From an uncultured bacterium (GTDB lineage Bacteria; SAR324; NAC60-12), in NCBI GenBank assembly GCA_965662235.1, contig CBFIGY010000009.1:30300-94299 (forward strand): DNA of 64,000 nt, read 5' to 3'. A model generated the notes under the pieces. That model had not been told where the DNA came from. It did not search any database and saw only the letters and a list, made by a program, of their open reading frames with translations. A program made the position numbers and the translations under genes. Shown piece after piece: positions 48,610 through 59,896 of the stretch. Position 1 is the stretch's first letter. Each line of letters begins with the position of its first letter.

Positions 48610-49794
48610 TTAGCAGCGTTCAAAGATTGCGGCAATGCCCTGACCGCCTCCGATGCACATGGAAATCAAGGCGATGGAGCCGCCGGTGCGCTCCAGCTCA
48701 TACAGGGCCTTGACGGTGATCAAGGCGCCCGTTGCTCCCACCGGATGTCCCAGCGAGATGCCGGAGCCGTTGGGGTTGACCTTTTCCATGGGCAGGTCCA
48801 GGTCACGGACACAGGCCAGCGCTTGAGCAGCAAAGGCTTCGTTGAGTTCAATCACGTCCAGATCAGCCACGGACAGGCCGGTCTTCTCCAGAACCTTCCG
48901 GATGGCTGGGACCGGGCCGATGCCCATGATCTCAGGCTCAACGCCTGCAACCGCATACCCCCGCAGGCGTGCCAGGGGTTTCAGGCCTTTGGCTTCGGCG
49001 GTTTCAGCGTTCATCAGCACCAGCGCTGCTGCCGCATCGTTGATGCCAGACGCGTTTCCTGCCGTGACGGAGCCTTCTGGATTGAAGACCGGCTTGAGCT
49101 TCGCCATGTCGTCCATGGTGGCCCCGTGCCGGACGTGCTCATCGGTGTCAAAGACCGTCACCTTGCGACGTTCCTTGATCTCAATGGGCAGAATCTGGCT
49201 CTTGAAGCGCCCCTCGTTGACGGCCACCGAAGCACGCCGATGGCTTTCCACCGCCAAAGCGTCCTGGTCTTCTCGGGTGATGCCCCAGCGAGACGCAATG
49301 TTCTCAGCCGTGACCCCCATGTGGCAGCTTTCAAACGGATCCGAGAGGCCTCCGACCATGGCGTCCAGCACCTGAGCGTGGTTCATGCGGGCGCCCCAGC
49401 GCATGTTGGGGAGCCAGTACGGAGCACGGCTCATCACCTCTGCCCCTCCGGCCACGGCCGCCTGAGCCTCACCCAGCTGAATCATCTGCGACGCCGTCAC
49501 AATGGCTTGCAGTCCTGACCCGCAGAGCCGGTTCAGCGTCAGCGCTGGCGTTTCAATTGGCAATCCCCCCCGGACGCCAGCGTAGCGGGCCAGGTACATG
49601 TCCCGCGGATCTGTGTGGATGACATTGCCGAACACCACGTGCTCCATGTCTTCTGGACGAGCCTGAGCACGGCTCAGGGCTTCTCGGACCACGGCCGCTG
49701 CCAGTTCCACCGGAGGCTGATCCTTCAGGGCTCCCCCAAAGGTTCCAACGGCGGTCCGGACTCCACTCAACACAACAACTTCATTTGGCTTCAT
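48610..49794 (-). CDS. Acetyl-CoA C-acyltransferase (BktB-like thiolase)
   Basis: NRLCGSG, NEAFA, GHPVGATG, CIGGGQG. Confidence 0.93.
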   Translation of the reverse strand: MKPNEVVVLSGVRTAVGTFGGALKDQPPVELAAAVVREALSRAQARPEDMEHVVFGNVIHTDPRDMYLARYAGVRGGLPIETPALTLNRLCGSGLQAIVTASQMIQLGEAQAAVAGGAEVMSRAPYWLPNMRWGARMNHAQVLDAMVGGLSDPFESCHMGVTAENIASRWGITREDQDALAVESHRRASVAVNEGRFKSQILPIEIKERRKVTVFDTDEHVRHGATMDDMAKLKPVFNPEGSVTAGNASGINDAAAALVLMNAETAEAKGLKPLARLRGYAVAGVEPEIMGIGPVPAIRKVLEKTGLSVADLDVIELNEAFAAQALACVRDLDLPMEKVNPNGSGISLGHPVGATGALITVKALYELERTGGSIALISMCIGGGQGIAAIFERC

Positions 49795-49864
49795 CACGTT
49801 TGCTCCTCATGGATTGATGAAAAGATCCCCCCTCTCAGCACACTCCGGATGGTCACCGGAGCCG

Positions 49865-50122
49865 TTAATTCTTGCTCGTTTTCCCGGAAGGGTCGGTGTT
49901 CATCATGGTGTCCATGCTCCGGACCATGGTGTCCATCATCTGCCGTCCGAAGTTGAACGACGGCCCCAGCATGTCCGCCATCATGTTCGGATCCATGGTG
50001 CCGTCCTTCATGCTTTCCGTGACCTTGGTCAGGAAGGTTTGCTGAAGCTCACTGATGTTCGGAAGTCCGAGCGTCTGGCGGAACTCGTCCGGGGTGGCTT
50101 CGATGCTGATGTTGATCTTCAT
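49865..50122 (-). CDS. Small hypothetical protein (DUF6489-like)
   Basis: MKINISIEATPDEFRQTLGLP N-terminus; Met-rich tail. Confidence 0.65.
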   Translation of the reverse strand: MKINISIEATPDEFRQTLGLPNISELQQTFLTKVTESMKDGTMDPNMMADMLGPSFNFGRQMMDTMVRSMDTMMNTDPSGKTSKN

Positions 50123-50164
50123 GACAACCTTTTTGGTTAAGGAGACGGAAAAAAACGGGGTGGC

Positions 50165-50797
50165 TCAGCGAGAGGGACTCGCCGGATGCAGCCAGGGCGA
50201 AGCCGCCTGGGCCTTCTGTTCGTAGGCTTGAATCTGCTCTGCAAACTGCAGGGTCCAGCCGATGTCATCCAGTCCATGCACCAGGCAGTGCTTGGCAAAG
50301 GGGTCAACGTCAAACGAGTAGACCTTTCCAGCAGGCGTGTGAACTTCCTGGGCCGGAAGGTCCACCGTCAGCTGGCAGCCTTCGTGGGCCTGAACTTCGT
50401 CAAACAGTTCCTGCACCGCGTCTTGCGGAAGCACCACCGCCAAGATGCCGTTCTTGCGGCAGTTGCTGAAGAAGATGTCGGCAAAGCTCGGGGCAATGAT
50501 GCAACGGAAGCCATAGTCCAGCAGCGCCCACGGGGCATGTTCCCGACTGGAGCCACAGCCAAAGTTTTCTCCCGTGACCAGGATCTGGGCGCCCTGGTAG
50601 CGTGACGCATTGAGGACAAAGTCCGGATTGACCTGTGTTCCAGCGTCATCAAGGTAGCGCCAGTCATGGAAGAGGTGCTGCCCAAAGCCGGTGCGTTCAA
50701 TTTTCTTCAGAAACTGCTTGGGAATGATCTGGTCGGTATCGACATTGATCTCATCCAGCAACGCGGTCAGGGCGGTCAGTTGGGTAAACGGGGTCAT
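50165..50797 (-). CDS. leuD: 3-isopropylmalate dehydratase small subunit
   Basis: [29 protein letters not shown]. Confidence 0.97.
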   Translation of the reverse strand: MTPFTQLTALTALLDEINVDTDQIIPKQFLKKIERTGFGQHLFHDWRYLDDAGTQVNPDFVLNASRYQGAQILVTGENFGCGSSREHAPWALLDYGFRCIIAPSFADIFFSNCRKNGILAVVLPQDAVQELFDEVQAHEGCQLTVDLPAQEVHTPAGKVYSFDVDPFAKHCLVHGLDDIGWTLQFAEQIQAYEQKAQAASPWLHPASPSR

Positions 50798-50836
50798 AGG
50801 GTCTTGATTGAGAAAGAGGTCAGAGGTCGAGCCGAG

Positions 50837-52231
50837 TTACAGCGTTCGGGGGTCCGCAAAGTGTCCAGACACCGCCGCAGCGGCCGCCATCAGGGGGCTC
50901 ACTAGGTGCGTGCGGCCGCCCTTGCCCTGACGTCCCTCAAAGTTTCGGTTGCTGGTGGAGGCACAGCGTTCACCGGGCTGGAGGATGTCATCGTTCATGG
51001 CGAGGCACATGGAGCATCCCGGCTCCCGCCAATCGAAGCCCGCCTCAATGAAGACCTGGTCCAGCCCTTCCTGTTCGGCCTGCTCCCGGACCAGTCCGCT
51101 TCCGGGAACAATCATGGCGTGGACCGATTCCTTGACCTTGCGTCCCTTGACAAAGGCCGCCACAGCCCGTAGGTCCTCAATCCGGGAGTTGGTGCATGAG
51201 CCAATGAAGACGCGATCCACGGCGATTTCCTGAATCGGCGTGTTGGGCTGCAGAGCCATGTACGCCAGTGCGCGTTCGGTAGCCCGGCGCTCGGTCGGAT
51301 CGTTGATCTGAGACGGATCAGGGACCTTGCCATTGATGTCGGTGACCATTCCGGGGCTGGTTCCCCACGTGACCTGGGGCAGGATGTCGCGCGCGTCCAG
51401 AGTGACCACGGCGTCAAAGGCGGCACCTTCATCAGAAGGAAGCTGCTTCCACACGGCAACCGCTTGCTCGTACGCCTCGCCCTGAGGCGCATACGGCCGG
51501 CCCTTGAGGTAGGCGAAGGTCTTCTCGTCGGGAGCAACCATGCCGGCACGGGCGCCGGCTTCAATGGCCATGTTGCAGAGGGTCATGCGGCCTTCCATGG
51601 AGAGCGCCTGGATGGCCTCTCCGGCAAACTCAATGACGTATCCGGTGCCACCGGCGGTGCCGATCTTGCCGATGATCGCCAAGATAATGTCCTTGGCCGT
51701 CGCCTGCTCCGGGAGCGTTCCCTGCACGTCTACCTTCATCGTCTTCGGTTTCTTCTGCTGCAGGGTCTGGGTGGCCAGCACGTGTTCCACTTCAGAGGTC
51801 CCAATGCCAAACGCCAACGCGCCAAAGGCTCCGTGGGTGGCCGTGTGAGAGTCTCCACAGACGATGGTTGCGCCCGGAAGCGTCAGGCCCTGCTCGGGGC
51901 CCATGACGTGGACAATGCCCGAACGCTTGTCACCGAGGTCAAAGAGGGTGATGCCAAACTCCTTGCAGTTTTCACGAAGGGTTTCAACCTGTTGGCGAGA
52001 AATGGGATCCTTGATCGGCTCATGCTGGTTCTGCGTGGGGACGTTGTGGTCCGGAACCGCATAGGTCGCTGCGACCTGCCGCACCGGGCGTCCGGCTAGG
52101 CGGAGGCCTTCAAAGGCTTGGGGCGACGTCACTTCATGCACGAGGTGTCGGTCAATATACAGAATGGTGTTTCCTTCCTGTTCATGCACAACATGCGCAT
52201 CCCAGATCTTCTCGAACATGGTTTGGGCCAT
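50837..52231 (-). CDS. leuC: 3-isopropylmalate dehydratase large subunit
   Basis: [42 protein letters not shown]. Confidence 0.97.
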   Translation of the reverse strand: MAQTMFEKIWDAHVVHEQEGNTILYIDRHLVHEVTSPQAFEGLRLAGRPVRQVAATYAVPDHNVPTQNQHEPIKDPISRQQVETLRENCKEFGITLFDLGDKRSGIVHVMGPEQGLTLPGATIVCGDSHTATHGAFGALAFGIGTSEVEHVLATQTLQQKKPKTMKVDVQGTLPEQATAKDIILAIIGKIGTAGGTGYVIEFAGEAIQALSMEGRMTLCNMAIEAGARAGMVAPDEKTFAYLKGRPYAPQGEAYEQAVAVWKQLPSDEGAAFDAVVTLDARDILPQVTWGTSPGMVTDINGKVPDPSQINDPTERRATERALAYMALQPNTPIQEIAVDRVFIGSCTNSRIEDLRAVAAFVKGRKVKESVHAMIVPGSGLVREQAEQEGLDQVFIEAGFDWREPGCSMCLAMNDDILQPGERCASTSNRNFEGRQGKGGRTHLVSPLMAAAAAVSGHFADPRTL

Positions 52232-52265
52232 AATGGGTGACCTTCTTAAGTTGTAGCGGGGGTTC

Positions 52266-52841
52266 GTGGATTCAGGCTGGTATAACAAAAGCTTGCATCT
52301 TAGGGGAAAGGCTATCGCGAGTCAAGCCGTTCGGCACGCTGGAACCGGCCTGTCAGGCGGTTTTGTGCTGGTTACGGTGATGCTCGTCCTGCTGGTTTTG
52401 GGAGCGGTTCTGATGCGCTGGCAAGAAGCCGTCCAGCGCCGTCGACATGAAGCCGAGGCCGTGCTGGAAAATCAGCTGCTGCTGGAGCAGGTCCAGACGC
52501 TCGCCTGGCTGGGACTGGAGGCGCTGGCGCAGCACCCGCGTGCTCAGCTGGAAGCGCCTCCGGAGCCCACTCCCTCTCTGGCCGTGGCCTCGGTTCCGGG
52601 ACTGGCCGGGTGGCAGGTTTCCTGGGCCGTTGAGGTCGTGCAGGCGCCTCCGGACGACAGCTGGCTGACGCTGCAGATTCAACCTCCGCAGACGGACCTC
52701 CGCTTCACGGCACTGATCCGGATTGGCCAGACCACGGCTGCAGAACCGTGGCGCCTCCCAGCCGACAATGGTTCTCTGCTACCGGCGGGAACGCTGGCGA
52801 ATGTTCTCACCCCTGCCGGCCTTAAGCGGATGAGCCCGTAA
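52266..52841 (+). CDS. Hypothetical protein with pseudopilin-like (GspK/PilX-type) N-terminal helix; start uncertain
   Basis: [18 protein letters not shown] class III signal-like segment lacking Glu5. Confidence 0.5.
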   Translation: MDSGWYNKSLHLRGKAIASQAVRHAGTGLSGGFVLVTVMLVLLVLGAVLMRWQEAVQRRRHEAEAVLENQLLLEQVQTLAWLGLEALAQHPRAQLEAPPEPTPSLAVASVPGLAGWQVSWAVEVVQAPPDDSWLTLQIQPPQTDLRFTALIRIGQTTAAEPWRLPADNGSLLPAGTLANVLTPAGLKRMSP

Positions 52842-53565
52842 GGGGCTTCTTCTGAAACCGGAAGTAGTCAGAGCCGTAGCTCTCCGATGCCTCCGGATAC
52901 GTTTCCACCGGCTCCAGTCCCTGCTCCGCCAGCTTCGTCTGCACCTGCTCCGGTGACCAGTACCGGACCTCGAACCGGTCTTCAAAGGTCCACTCCTGCC
53001 CTCCCAGCCGCAGGGTTCCGGAGTCCTCAAACTGGTAACGATCCGGACCCAACGGCTCAAAGCGCATCTGCCGGGTGAGCGATGGGGTGTCGACCGTGAA
53101 GGGGTGAAAAAGCTCCGGACGGGGACAGTCCAGAAACAGCTGGCCGCCGTCCTTCAGCGCCGTGGCCATGACTTGAAACGATGCGTCCAGGTCAGCCTCT
53201 TCCGAGAGGTAACTGATGACGGTGAAGAGGCAAAGGACGACCTCAAAGGAGGCTTCCGCCGGAACGTCCTGAATCCGGGCGGTCACGGTTTCCACAGGAC
53301 ACTCCAGCAGGTCAGCCTTCTCCTGCAGCTGGGCCAGCATCGGTGCCGACGCATCCACTCCTGTCACCGAGAAGCCTCTGAGAGCAAGCGGCAGGGTCAG
53401 CCGACCGGTGCCACACCCAACGTCCAGGATTCGCGCCGGGGGAGTCAGGTCCTGAAGGAGCTCCTGAAGGGTGAACTCCGTAAAGTCCTCGTAGAAGTCT
53501 TCAAAGGAGAGGCGGGAGATGGTGTCGTAGTGGCGCGCCCAGGAGCGGTGGTACGCCGGTCTCAT
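52822..53565 (-). CDS. Class I SAM-dependent methyltransferase
   Basis: ILDVGCGTGR, GVDAS..ML, LKDGG. Confidence 0.9.
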   Translation of the reverse strand: MRPAYHRSWARHYDTISRLSFEDFYEDFTEFTLQELLQDLTPPARILDVGCGTGRLTLPLALRGFSVTGVDASAPMLAQLQEKADLLECPVETVTARIQDVPAEASFEVVLCLFTVISYLSEEADLDASFQVMATALKDGGQLFLDCPRPELFHPFTVDTPSLTRQMRFEPLGPDRYQFEDSGTLRLGGQEWTFEDRFEVRYWSPEQVQTKLAEQGLEPVETYPEASESYGSDYFRFQKKPLTGSSA

Positions 53566-53786
53566 CAGTCCAGCGCCCGCTTGAAGGTCAGGATGACAGC
53601 TTCGCGGGTCCAGAACAGCAAGAACCGACGCTTCTCCACCACCTGCATCACGAGCTCCCAGCCTTCGGCGCCGCGCTCATTGAGGATCTTCTCAAGCTTT
53701 CCTCCCGAAACGTAGGAGGCTCCGAGGATCATGGAACCGAGCATGCCCTCGGCGACGGTTTCAATCTTGTACTCAAAGCGTTGCAT
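53565..53786 (-). CDS. DUF4177-like small protein
   Basis: EYK, LN..G.EGWELV, FKR. Confidence 0.8.
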   Translation of the reverse strand: MQRFEYKIETVAEGMLGSMILGASYVSGGKLEKILNERGAEGWELVMQVVEKRRFLLFWTREAVILTFKRALD

Positions 53787-53804
53787 GGGCGTGTTGGATG
53801 GAGG

Positions 53805-55268
53805 TTAGGCGCGATCCGCCAGAGCGGACGTGTAGAGGGCGACGTAGGCCTGCGCAGACTCTTCCCACGGGAAGCGCTCCTGCATGGCCTGCTGCACCAG
53901 ACGCCGGAAGTGCTGGGGTCGGTCGTACCACGTGCTCAGGGCCCAGCCGATGGTATCCCGGAGCGCCTCGGAGGTGGGGTCCTGGAAGATGAATCCGGTC
54001 CCGGTCCCAGTGGTTTCGTTGTAGTTCTTCACTGTGTCCCGGAGTCCACCAACCGCCCGGACCAAGGGCAGGGTTCCGTAACGGAGGCTGTAGATCTGGT
54101 TGAGCCCACAGGGTTCATAGAGGGAGGGCATGAGGAAGACGTCACTGCCTCCTTCCACCAAGTGAGCCAGCGGGTTGCTGTACCCTTCCCACCACCCCAT
54201 TTTGTCGGGAAATCGTTCGGCCAGAGCGGCCAGCTGGGCGGCTGTTTCGGCATCGCCACTGCCCATGGCAATGACCTGCAGGTCCCACTTGAGCACTGCT
54301 TCAAGCGCCGGAAGCAGGAGGCCGAAGCCCTTTTGCTCGGTCAAGCGGCTGACCAATCCAAACACGGGAACCTCCGGCCGGGCTTCCAGCTGGAACCGAA
54401 CCTGAAGGGCGGCTTTGCAGGTGGCCTTCCCCGTCAGCTGGGTCGCCGAGTAGGTCGCAGGCAGGTAGGAGTCGGTTTCCGGATTCCACTCTCCGTAATC
54501 ACAACCGTTGAGGATGCCGGAGAAGGCGCTTCCCTTGCGCTGAATGGCGTCATGCAGGCCGTGGCTTCCGGGAGGACTGAGGAGCTCCTGAGCGTAACCG
54601 GGGCTGACCGCGTTCACACGATCCGCAAAGGCGATTCCGCCCTTGAGGAGGTTGAGGTTCCCGTAGTCTTCAAAGGCTTCCGCGTGAAAGTCCTCTTCTT
54701 CAATGCTCAGGGCTTGGCGCCACCCGCCGGGAAACTGCCCCTGGTACCCGGCGTTGTGCAGGGTCAGGACGGAAACGGCTGAAGAAAACTCTGCAGCTTC
54801 GGCTTTCAGGTAATACGGCACCAGCGAAGTGTGCCAGTCGTGGCAGTGGAAGACCTGTGGGGTCCAGTGCAGCGCCCGGCAGAGCTGCAGGGCTCCTCGT
54901 GAGAGGAAGCTGAAGCGCTCGGCGTTGTCGGCATAGGACCAGCCGTTCTGGTCGTAGTACCCCTGGCGACCAAAGTACTGCTCATGCTCCAGGAAGTACA
55001 CCGGCACCTCCGATCCCGGGAGGGGGGACGTTCGGACCGCACACCATGCCTCTCCGAGGCTGCCCATGGGCACGCCAAGCGGCTCCGGAAGCGGGGCAAA
55101 GGTTTCCTGATGAGCAATGGAGGCATAGAGGGGCGTCACGATGCGGACGTCATGCCCAAGTTCATGGAGGGCCTTCGGGAGCGCGTTGGCCACGTCGGCC
55201 AGCCCTCCGGACTTGGAAAAGCCCTCCACTTCGGAGGCCACAAAGAGGATGCGCAAGGACTTACTCAA
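53805..55268 (-). CDS. glgA: Glycogen synthase
   Basis: KSGGLADV, HCHDWH, SRL..QKG, MPSLYEPCGLNQ; TTG start overlapping the glgC end. Confidence 0.95.
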   Translation of the reverse strand: MSKSLRILFVASEVEGFSKSGGLADVANALPKALHELGHDVRIVTPLYASIAHQETFAPLPEPLGVPMGSLGEAWCAVRTSPLPGSEVPVYFLEHEQYFGRQGYYDQNGWSYADNAERFSFLSRGALQLCRALHWTPQVFHCHDWHTSLVPYYLKAEAAEFSSAVSVLTLHNAGYQGQFPGGWRQALSIEEEDFHAEAFEDYGNLNLLKGGIAFADRVNAVSPGYAQELLSPPGSHGLHDAIQRKGSAFSGILNGCDYGEWNPETDSYLPATYSATQLTGKATCKAALQVRFQLEARPEVPVFGLVSRLTEQKGFGLLLPALEAVLKWDLQVIAMGSGDAETAAQLAALAERFPDKMGWWEGYSNPLAHLVEGGSDVFLMPSLYEPCGLNQIYSLRYGTLPLVRAVGGLRDTVKNYNETTGTGTGFIFQDPTSEALRDTIGWALSTWYDRPQHFRRLVQQAMQERFPWEESAQAYVALYTSALADRA

Positions 55269-56484
55269 CAACCGATCCTTTCGGAATGACCACAATCCCG
55301 TTGTCGCTCACCGTGAACCGTTCGCGGTCGCGTTCCAGGTTGTAGCCAACTTTAGCGCCCGGCATGATGCGGACGTGTTTATCAATGATGGCACGCCGCA
55401 CCTGAGCGCTGCGGCCCACCTCCACGCCATCCATGATGACGGAGTCGGCAATGTGCGAGAAGCTGTGCACCCGGACGTTGTAGCCAATGACCGAGTTCTC
55501 TACCAAGGCACCGCTGATGATGGTTCCGGCAGAGACAATGGAGTTGATGGCGTGTCCGGTCCGCAGGTCACTGAAGTGCACAAACTTTGCGGGTGGCAGC
55601 GGCGGATTGTAGGTCAGTACCGGCCACCGGTGGTTGTAGAGGTTGAACTCCGGATGCACGCCCACGAGGTCCATGTTGGCCTCCCAGTACGCATCCAGGG
55701 TGCCGACGTCTCGCCAGTACCCCACCTCCTGATCCTCCTGCCCCGGAATCCGGTTCTGCTTGAAGTCGTAAACGTAGACACCGCCTTGAGGGAAGAGCTT
55801 AGGGATGATGTCTTTCCCGAAATCGTGGCTTGAGTTGGGGTTGTCGGCATCCTCCATGAGCTCTCGCACCAGGGTCGAGCGCGTGAAGATGTAGTTTCCC
55901 ATGGACGCCAACACGTGGTCAGGGTCGCCGGGGATGGTCGGTGGGTTGGACTTGGGCTTCTCCACAAAGCCGATCATGCGCCAGTCCTCATCCACCTGAA
56001 TGATGCCAAAGTGGTGGGCTTCAGAGACCGGGACCGGAATCGCGGCCACTGTCAGTTCCGCCCGTTTCTTTCGGTGCAGCTTCATCATCTGCTCCACATC
56101 CATGCGGTAGATGTGGTCGCCCCCAAACACACAAACGTTCTCAGGCTGCGTGTCGTCAATGAGGTTGAGGTTCTGGTAGATGGCATCTGCGGTGCCCTCG
56201 TACCACTTCCGGCCGGTCCGCATCTGCGCCGGGATCGGGTCGATGAAGTTATTGACAATTCCCGACATCCGCCACCCCTGCCGCATGTGCTGCATCAGCG
56301 AGTGGGACTTGAACTGGGTCAGCACGAAAATCCGCAGGATCCCGGAGTTGACGAAGTTGCTGAGGACAAAATCAATAATGCGGTAGTTGCCCCCAAAGGG
56401 GACGGATGGCTTGGCTCGCGAGGCCGTTAGGGGAAATAAACGAGTCCCCTCACCTCCCGCCAAAATCATGGCAAGCGCTTGCAT
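55261..56484 (-). CDS. glgC: Glucose-1-phosphate adenylyltransferase
   Basis: LAGGEGTRL.PLT..RAKP.VPFGG, WYEGTADA, FVEKP, DFGKD, YWRDVGT. Confidence 0.97.
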   Translation of the reverse strand: MQALAMILAGGEGTRLFPLTASRAKPSVPFGGNYRIIDFVLSNFVNSGILRIFVLTQFKSHSLMQHMRQGWRMSGIVNNFIDPIPAQMRTGRKWYEGTADAIYQNLNLIDDTQPENVCVFGGDHIYRMDVEQMMKLHRKKRAELTVAAIPVPVSEAHHFGIIQVDEDWRMIGFVEKPKSNPPTIPGDPDHVLASMGNYIFTRSTLVRELMEDADNPNSSHDFGKDIIPKLFPQGGVYVYDFKQNRIPGQEDQEVGYWRDVGTLDAYWEANMDLVGVHPEFNLYNHRWPVLTYNPPLPPAKFVHFSDLRTGHAINSIVSAGTIISGALVENSVIGYNVRVHSFSHIADSVIMDGVEVGRSAQVRRAIIDKHVRIMPGAKVGYNLERDRERFTVSDNGIVVIPKGSVVE

Positions 56485-56593
56485 GGCTTTTCCTCCTGTT
56501 TGTCAGAGAAGACGCTTTTGCTTCAAAGCGTGTTTGTGATAGGCTAAGTCTCTCGTGAACTTTGAACGAAGTTAGAAAATTTCCAAGGTTTTT

Positions 56594-57925
56594 ATGTCCT
56601 CTCGTTTTGCCATCAAATCCTTGGGCCCTTGTCGTGTGCCCTCTCCTCTTTTGCTCAACAGTCCGGACGACGAGTCGGACTTTCACTTTGTGGCGCCGGA
56701 AAGCCGCATCCTCTATGAAGCCAGAGAGCCGAGGTACCAGGAACATCTAGAAGAGAGTTTCGAGCAGGCGGGCCCCCGGGAGCAGATTTACTTTGATCCT
56801 TCGAAAACCCGGGCGGGTATTGTCACCTGCGGGGGGCTGTGCCCGGGCATCAACAACGTCATCCGGACCCTCGTGATGCAGCTCCAGCACAACTACGGAG
56901 TCCCACACGTGTACGGATTCAAGTACGGGTACCAGGGCTTCATCCCCAAGTACCGTCATGACATTATCGAACTCACGCCGGAAGTCGTCAAGAACGTTCA
57001 CTACGAAGGCGGCAGCATGCTTTCCAGCTCCCGGGGACCTCAGGACCCGGCAGAGATTGTGGACTGCCTGGAACGGCACAGCATCAAGATCCTCTTTGCC
57101 ATTGGTGGAGACGGCACCCTGCGGGGCGCTCACGCCATTGTGGAAGAGATTGAACGCCGGGACCTGAAGATCGCCGTGGTCGGCATTCCCAAGACGATCG
57201 ACAACGACATTCCGTTCTGCGTCAAGACCTTTGGGTTTGAGACGGCGTTTTCCAAGGCGGTGGAAGCGGTGCAGGCGGCGCACGTTGAGGCCTACGGAAC
57301 CAACTACGGCATCGTCGTCATCAAGCTGATGGGGCGGGATTCAGGATTCATTGCCGCCAACACCTCGCTGGCGTGTCCGGATGTGAACTATGTGCTGGTG
57401 CCAGAAGTGCCCTTCACGCTCAAGGGCAACCGAGGCCTGCTGCAGAGCATTCAGCACATGTTTGAGAAGAAGGCCGGCATCGACCAGCACCCGCACGCGG
57501 TCATCGTGGTGGCCGAGGGCGTGGGGCAGGAACTGATGGGCAACACCGGCGAAGAGCGAGACGCCTCCGGAAACGTCCGCTACCGTGACATCAGCCAGTT
57601 CCTCAAGCGCGAGATTCTGGATTACTTTGAGGACAAGCTCCCGGTGACCGTGAAGATCATTGAGCCGAGCTACCTGATCCGCTCTCTGCCAGCGAATCCG
57701 CATGACGCCATCTTCTGCTACTACCTGGCCGACAACGCCGTGCATGCGGCCATGAGCGGACGAACAGACATGATGATTGGCTACTGGAATGGCCACTTCA
57801 CCCATGTTCCCTTGGAAGAGGTGGGCAAGGAGACCAAGCGCATTGACCCGAACAGCGAGTTCTGGCGACAGGTGCTCTTCTCCACAGGCCAACCGCGAGA
57901 CATGTACTCTCCGGAATCGGTCTAG
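56594..57925 (+). CDS. pfkA: 6-phosphofructokinase, probably ATP-dependent
   Basis: TCGGLCPG, IGGDGTLRG, PKTIDND, KLMGRDSG. Confidence 0.9.
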   Translation: MSSRFAIKSLGPCRVPSPLLLNSPDDESDFHFVAPESRILYEAREPRYQEHLEESFEQAGPREQIYFDPSKTRAGIVTCGGLCPGINNVIRTLVMQLQHNYGVPHVYGFKYGYQGFIPKYRHDIIELTPEVVKNVHYEGGSMLSSSRGPQDPAEIVDCLERHSIKILFAIGGDGTLRGAHAIVEEIERRDLKIAVVGIPKTIDNDIPFCVKTFGFETAFSKAVEAVQAAHVEAYGTNYGIVVIKLMGRDSGFIAANTSLACPDVNYVLVPEVPFTLKGNRGLLQSIQHMFEKKAGIDQHPHAVIVVAEGVGQELMGNTGEERDASGNVRYRDISQFLKREILDYFEDKLPVTVKIIEPSYLIRSLPANPHDAIFCYYLADNAVHAAMSGRTDMMIGYWNGHFTHVPLEEVGKETKRIDPNSEFWRQVLFSTGQPRDMYSPESV

Positions 57926-59724
57926 TTCAGGGCTTCTGGCACCACGGCCTCTCCAGACTGAACCTGCCACAGCTCCGCATACGTCCCCTGAAGGAGCACC
58001 AGCTCATCGTGGTGCCCTTCCTCCACCACCTGCCCCTCCCGGAGCACCAGGATGCGGTCGGCATGCCGGATGGTGGAAAGGCGGTGGGCGATGATGAGAG
58101 CCGTTTTGCCTCGGGTGATCTGGACCAGGCTTTCCTGAATGGCCCGCTCGGTTTCGGTATCAACCGAGCTGGTTGCTTCATCAAAAACCATCACCGGGGC
58201 ATCCTTCAGAATCGCCCGTGCAATGCTGAGGCGCTGGCGCTGTCCACCAGAAAGCCGGATGCCCCGTTCCCCCACCACGGTCTGGTATCCTTCCGGAAGG
58301 GTCATCACAAAATCATGCAGCTGCGCCGATTGTGCCGCGGCCTGCACCTGCTCCAACGACACCTCTGCCGCCCCGTAGGCGATGTTCTCCGCGATGGTCC
58401 CGTGGAAGAGGTAGACGTCTTGACTGACCAGGGCAATGTTCCGGCGGACTTCCTGCAGCGTCAGGTCCCGGAGGTCCACGCCCTCAAGCTGAACAGAGCC
58501 CATGGTGGGGTCATAGAGTCGGAGGAGCAGCTTGATGAGGGTAGACTTCCCGGCTCCGGTGGCGCCCGCAATGCCAATCGTTTCTCCCGCCTTCACCTGA
58601 AAGTCCAATCCACGCAGCACCGGTTCCCCACGCTGGTAGCGGAAGTGCACCTGGTTGAAGCACAGCTCCCCCTGAATCGGAGGAGTCAGCTCACGTGGAA
58701 TCGCCGGATTCTGGATCTTGCTCGGCGTTTCCAAGAGGCCGAAGGTGCGGCGGGCACTGGCCTTGGCCCGTTCGTACTCATCCAGAGTCATCCCCATCCG
58801 AGTCAGGGGCCAGAGCAGCCGTTGAATGAGCATGGAGAAGAGCACCAGCTCTCCCACCGTCAGCACCCCCTGGTCTTCCAGCACCCAGTAGCTTCCCAGC
58901 AGCAGCACCCCCCCAAATCCCAACGCCACGGCCATGCGGATCAACGGCACATAGATCGAGCTGAGGCGAATGGCCTGGTAGTTCGCGTTTTGGTACTCCC
59001 GGGACGCCTCCTCGACACGCCGTGACTCAAAGTCTTCAGCGGTGAAGCTCTTGACCACGAGGATGCCGGCAATGTTGTTTTCCAACCGGCTGCTCAATCC
59101 TCCTACGGCTTCCCGGACCCGCCGGTAGCGTGGAGAAATCATCCGCTGGTACAGCAAGCTTCCCCAGATGATGACCGGAACCGGAAGCAGTCCCACAACC
59201 GCCAGCTGCCACGAAACATCAAAGAGCACCACCCCGGAAAACGCAAAGAGCACCCCCAGCTGCAGGAGCTCGTTGAAGCCGCTGTTCAGGAAGCGCTCAA
59301 TCTGGTTGACGTCGTCGTTGAGCATGGCCATGGTTTCGCCCATGCGGTGGTTCTCAAAGAACTCGATCTCCCGGTGCTGAATGTGGTTGTAGGCATCCAT
59401 GCGCAGAGCATGCTGAATGCGCTGGGCGAGGTTCATGAAGCCATACTGATAGGCCCACTCAAAGAGGCTCTCAAAGGCAAAGATCACCACCCCCAGCACC
59501 GCTAGGAACACCGCCAAGGACCACGGATCCACCGTCCCCACCAGATTGGCAATCCACTCCGGAGGCTGACGTCGGACGGAATCGATCACCCACCCCACCA
59601 ACACCGGAGGCATGAGGTCCAGGATCTTGTTGAGGATGCTGCTGCTGCAGGCAAAGGCGAAGAGGCCCCGGTGCGGCTTGATGTAGCGCGAGAGGCGAAA
59701 GATGGGGTTTTCAGATGCGTTCAT
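57922..59724 (-). CDS. ABC exporter, fused permease/ATPase
   Basis: TM domain plus GATGAGKS, LSGGQRQR, DEATS, IAHRLST. Confidence 0.93.
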   Translation of the reverse strand: MNASENPIFRLSRYIKPHRGLFAFACSSSILNKILDLMPPVLVGWVIDSVRRQPPEWIANLVGTVDPWSLAVFLAVLGVVIFAFESLFEWAYQYGFMNLAQRIQHALRMDAYNHIQHREIEFFENHRMGETMAMLNDDVNQIERFLNSGFNELLQLGVLFAFSGVVLFDVSWQLAVVGLLPVPVIIWGSLLYQRMISPRYRRVREAVGGLSSRLENNIAGILVVKSFTAEDFESRRVEEASREYQNANYQAIRLSSIYVPLIRMAVALGFGGVLLLGSYWVLEDQGVLTVGELVLFSMLIQRLLWPLTRMGMTLDEYERAKASARRTFGLLETPSKIQNPAIPRELTPPIQGELCFNQVHFRYQRGEPVLRGLDFQVKAGETIGIAGATGAGKSTLIKLLLRLYDPTMGSVQLEGVDLRDLTLQEVRRNIALVSQDVYLFHGTIAENIAYGAAEVSLEQVQAAAQSAQLHDFVMTLPEGYQTVVGERGIRLSGGQRQRLSIARAILKDAPVMVFDEATSSVDTETERAIQESLVQITRGKTALIIAHRLSTIRHADRILVLREGQVVEEGHHDELVLLQGTYAELWQVQSGEAVVPEALN

Positions 59725-59821
59725 GAGGATCCAACTGACAGGAAAAGTAAAGAAAGCACGCTACCACAGTCCTCGGCTTCCCGCCAAGCCCTCCTTGTGC
59801 GGAAAACGCCCTTGACCCTTC

Positions 59822-59861
59822 TGTTAAAAAAATTGACATTTGTAATATATATTTTCATTAT
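59822..59861 (+). promoter_or_regulatory. Sigma-70 promoter of the glpD-like operon with an overlapping inverted repeat
   Basis: TTGACA (59833)-17 nt-CATTAT (59856); TGTTAA-N5-TTGACA near-palindrome. Confidence 0.65.
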
Positions 59862-59896
59862 TAGCACATGGGTTAACTTTAAGCGAAAACAGAGCC

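Noticed and set aside
52278..52293. TGGTATAACAAAAGCT with GG-N10-GC spacing before the pilin-like gene
   Set aside because: The -12 context is AAGC rather than TTGC; too weak to call without TSS data.
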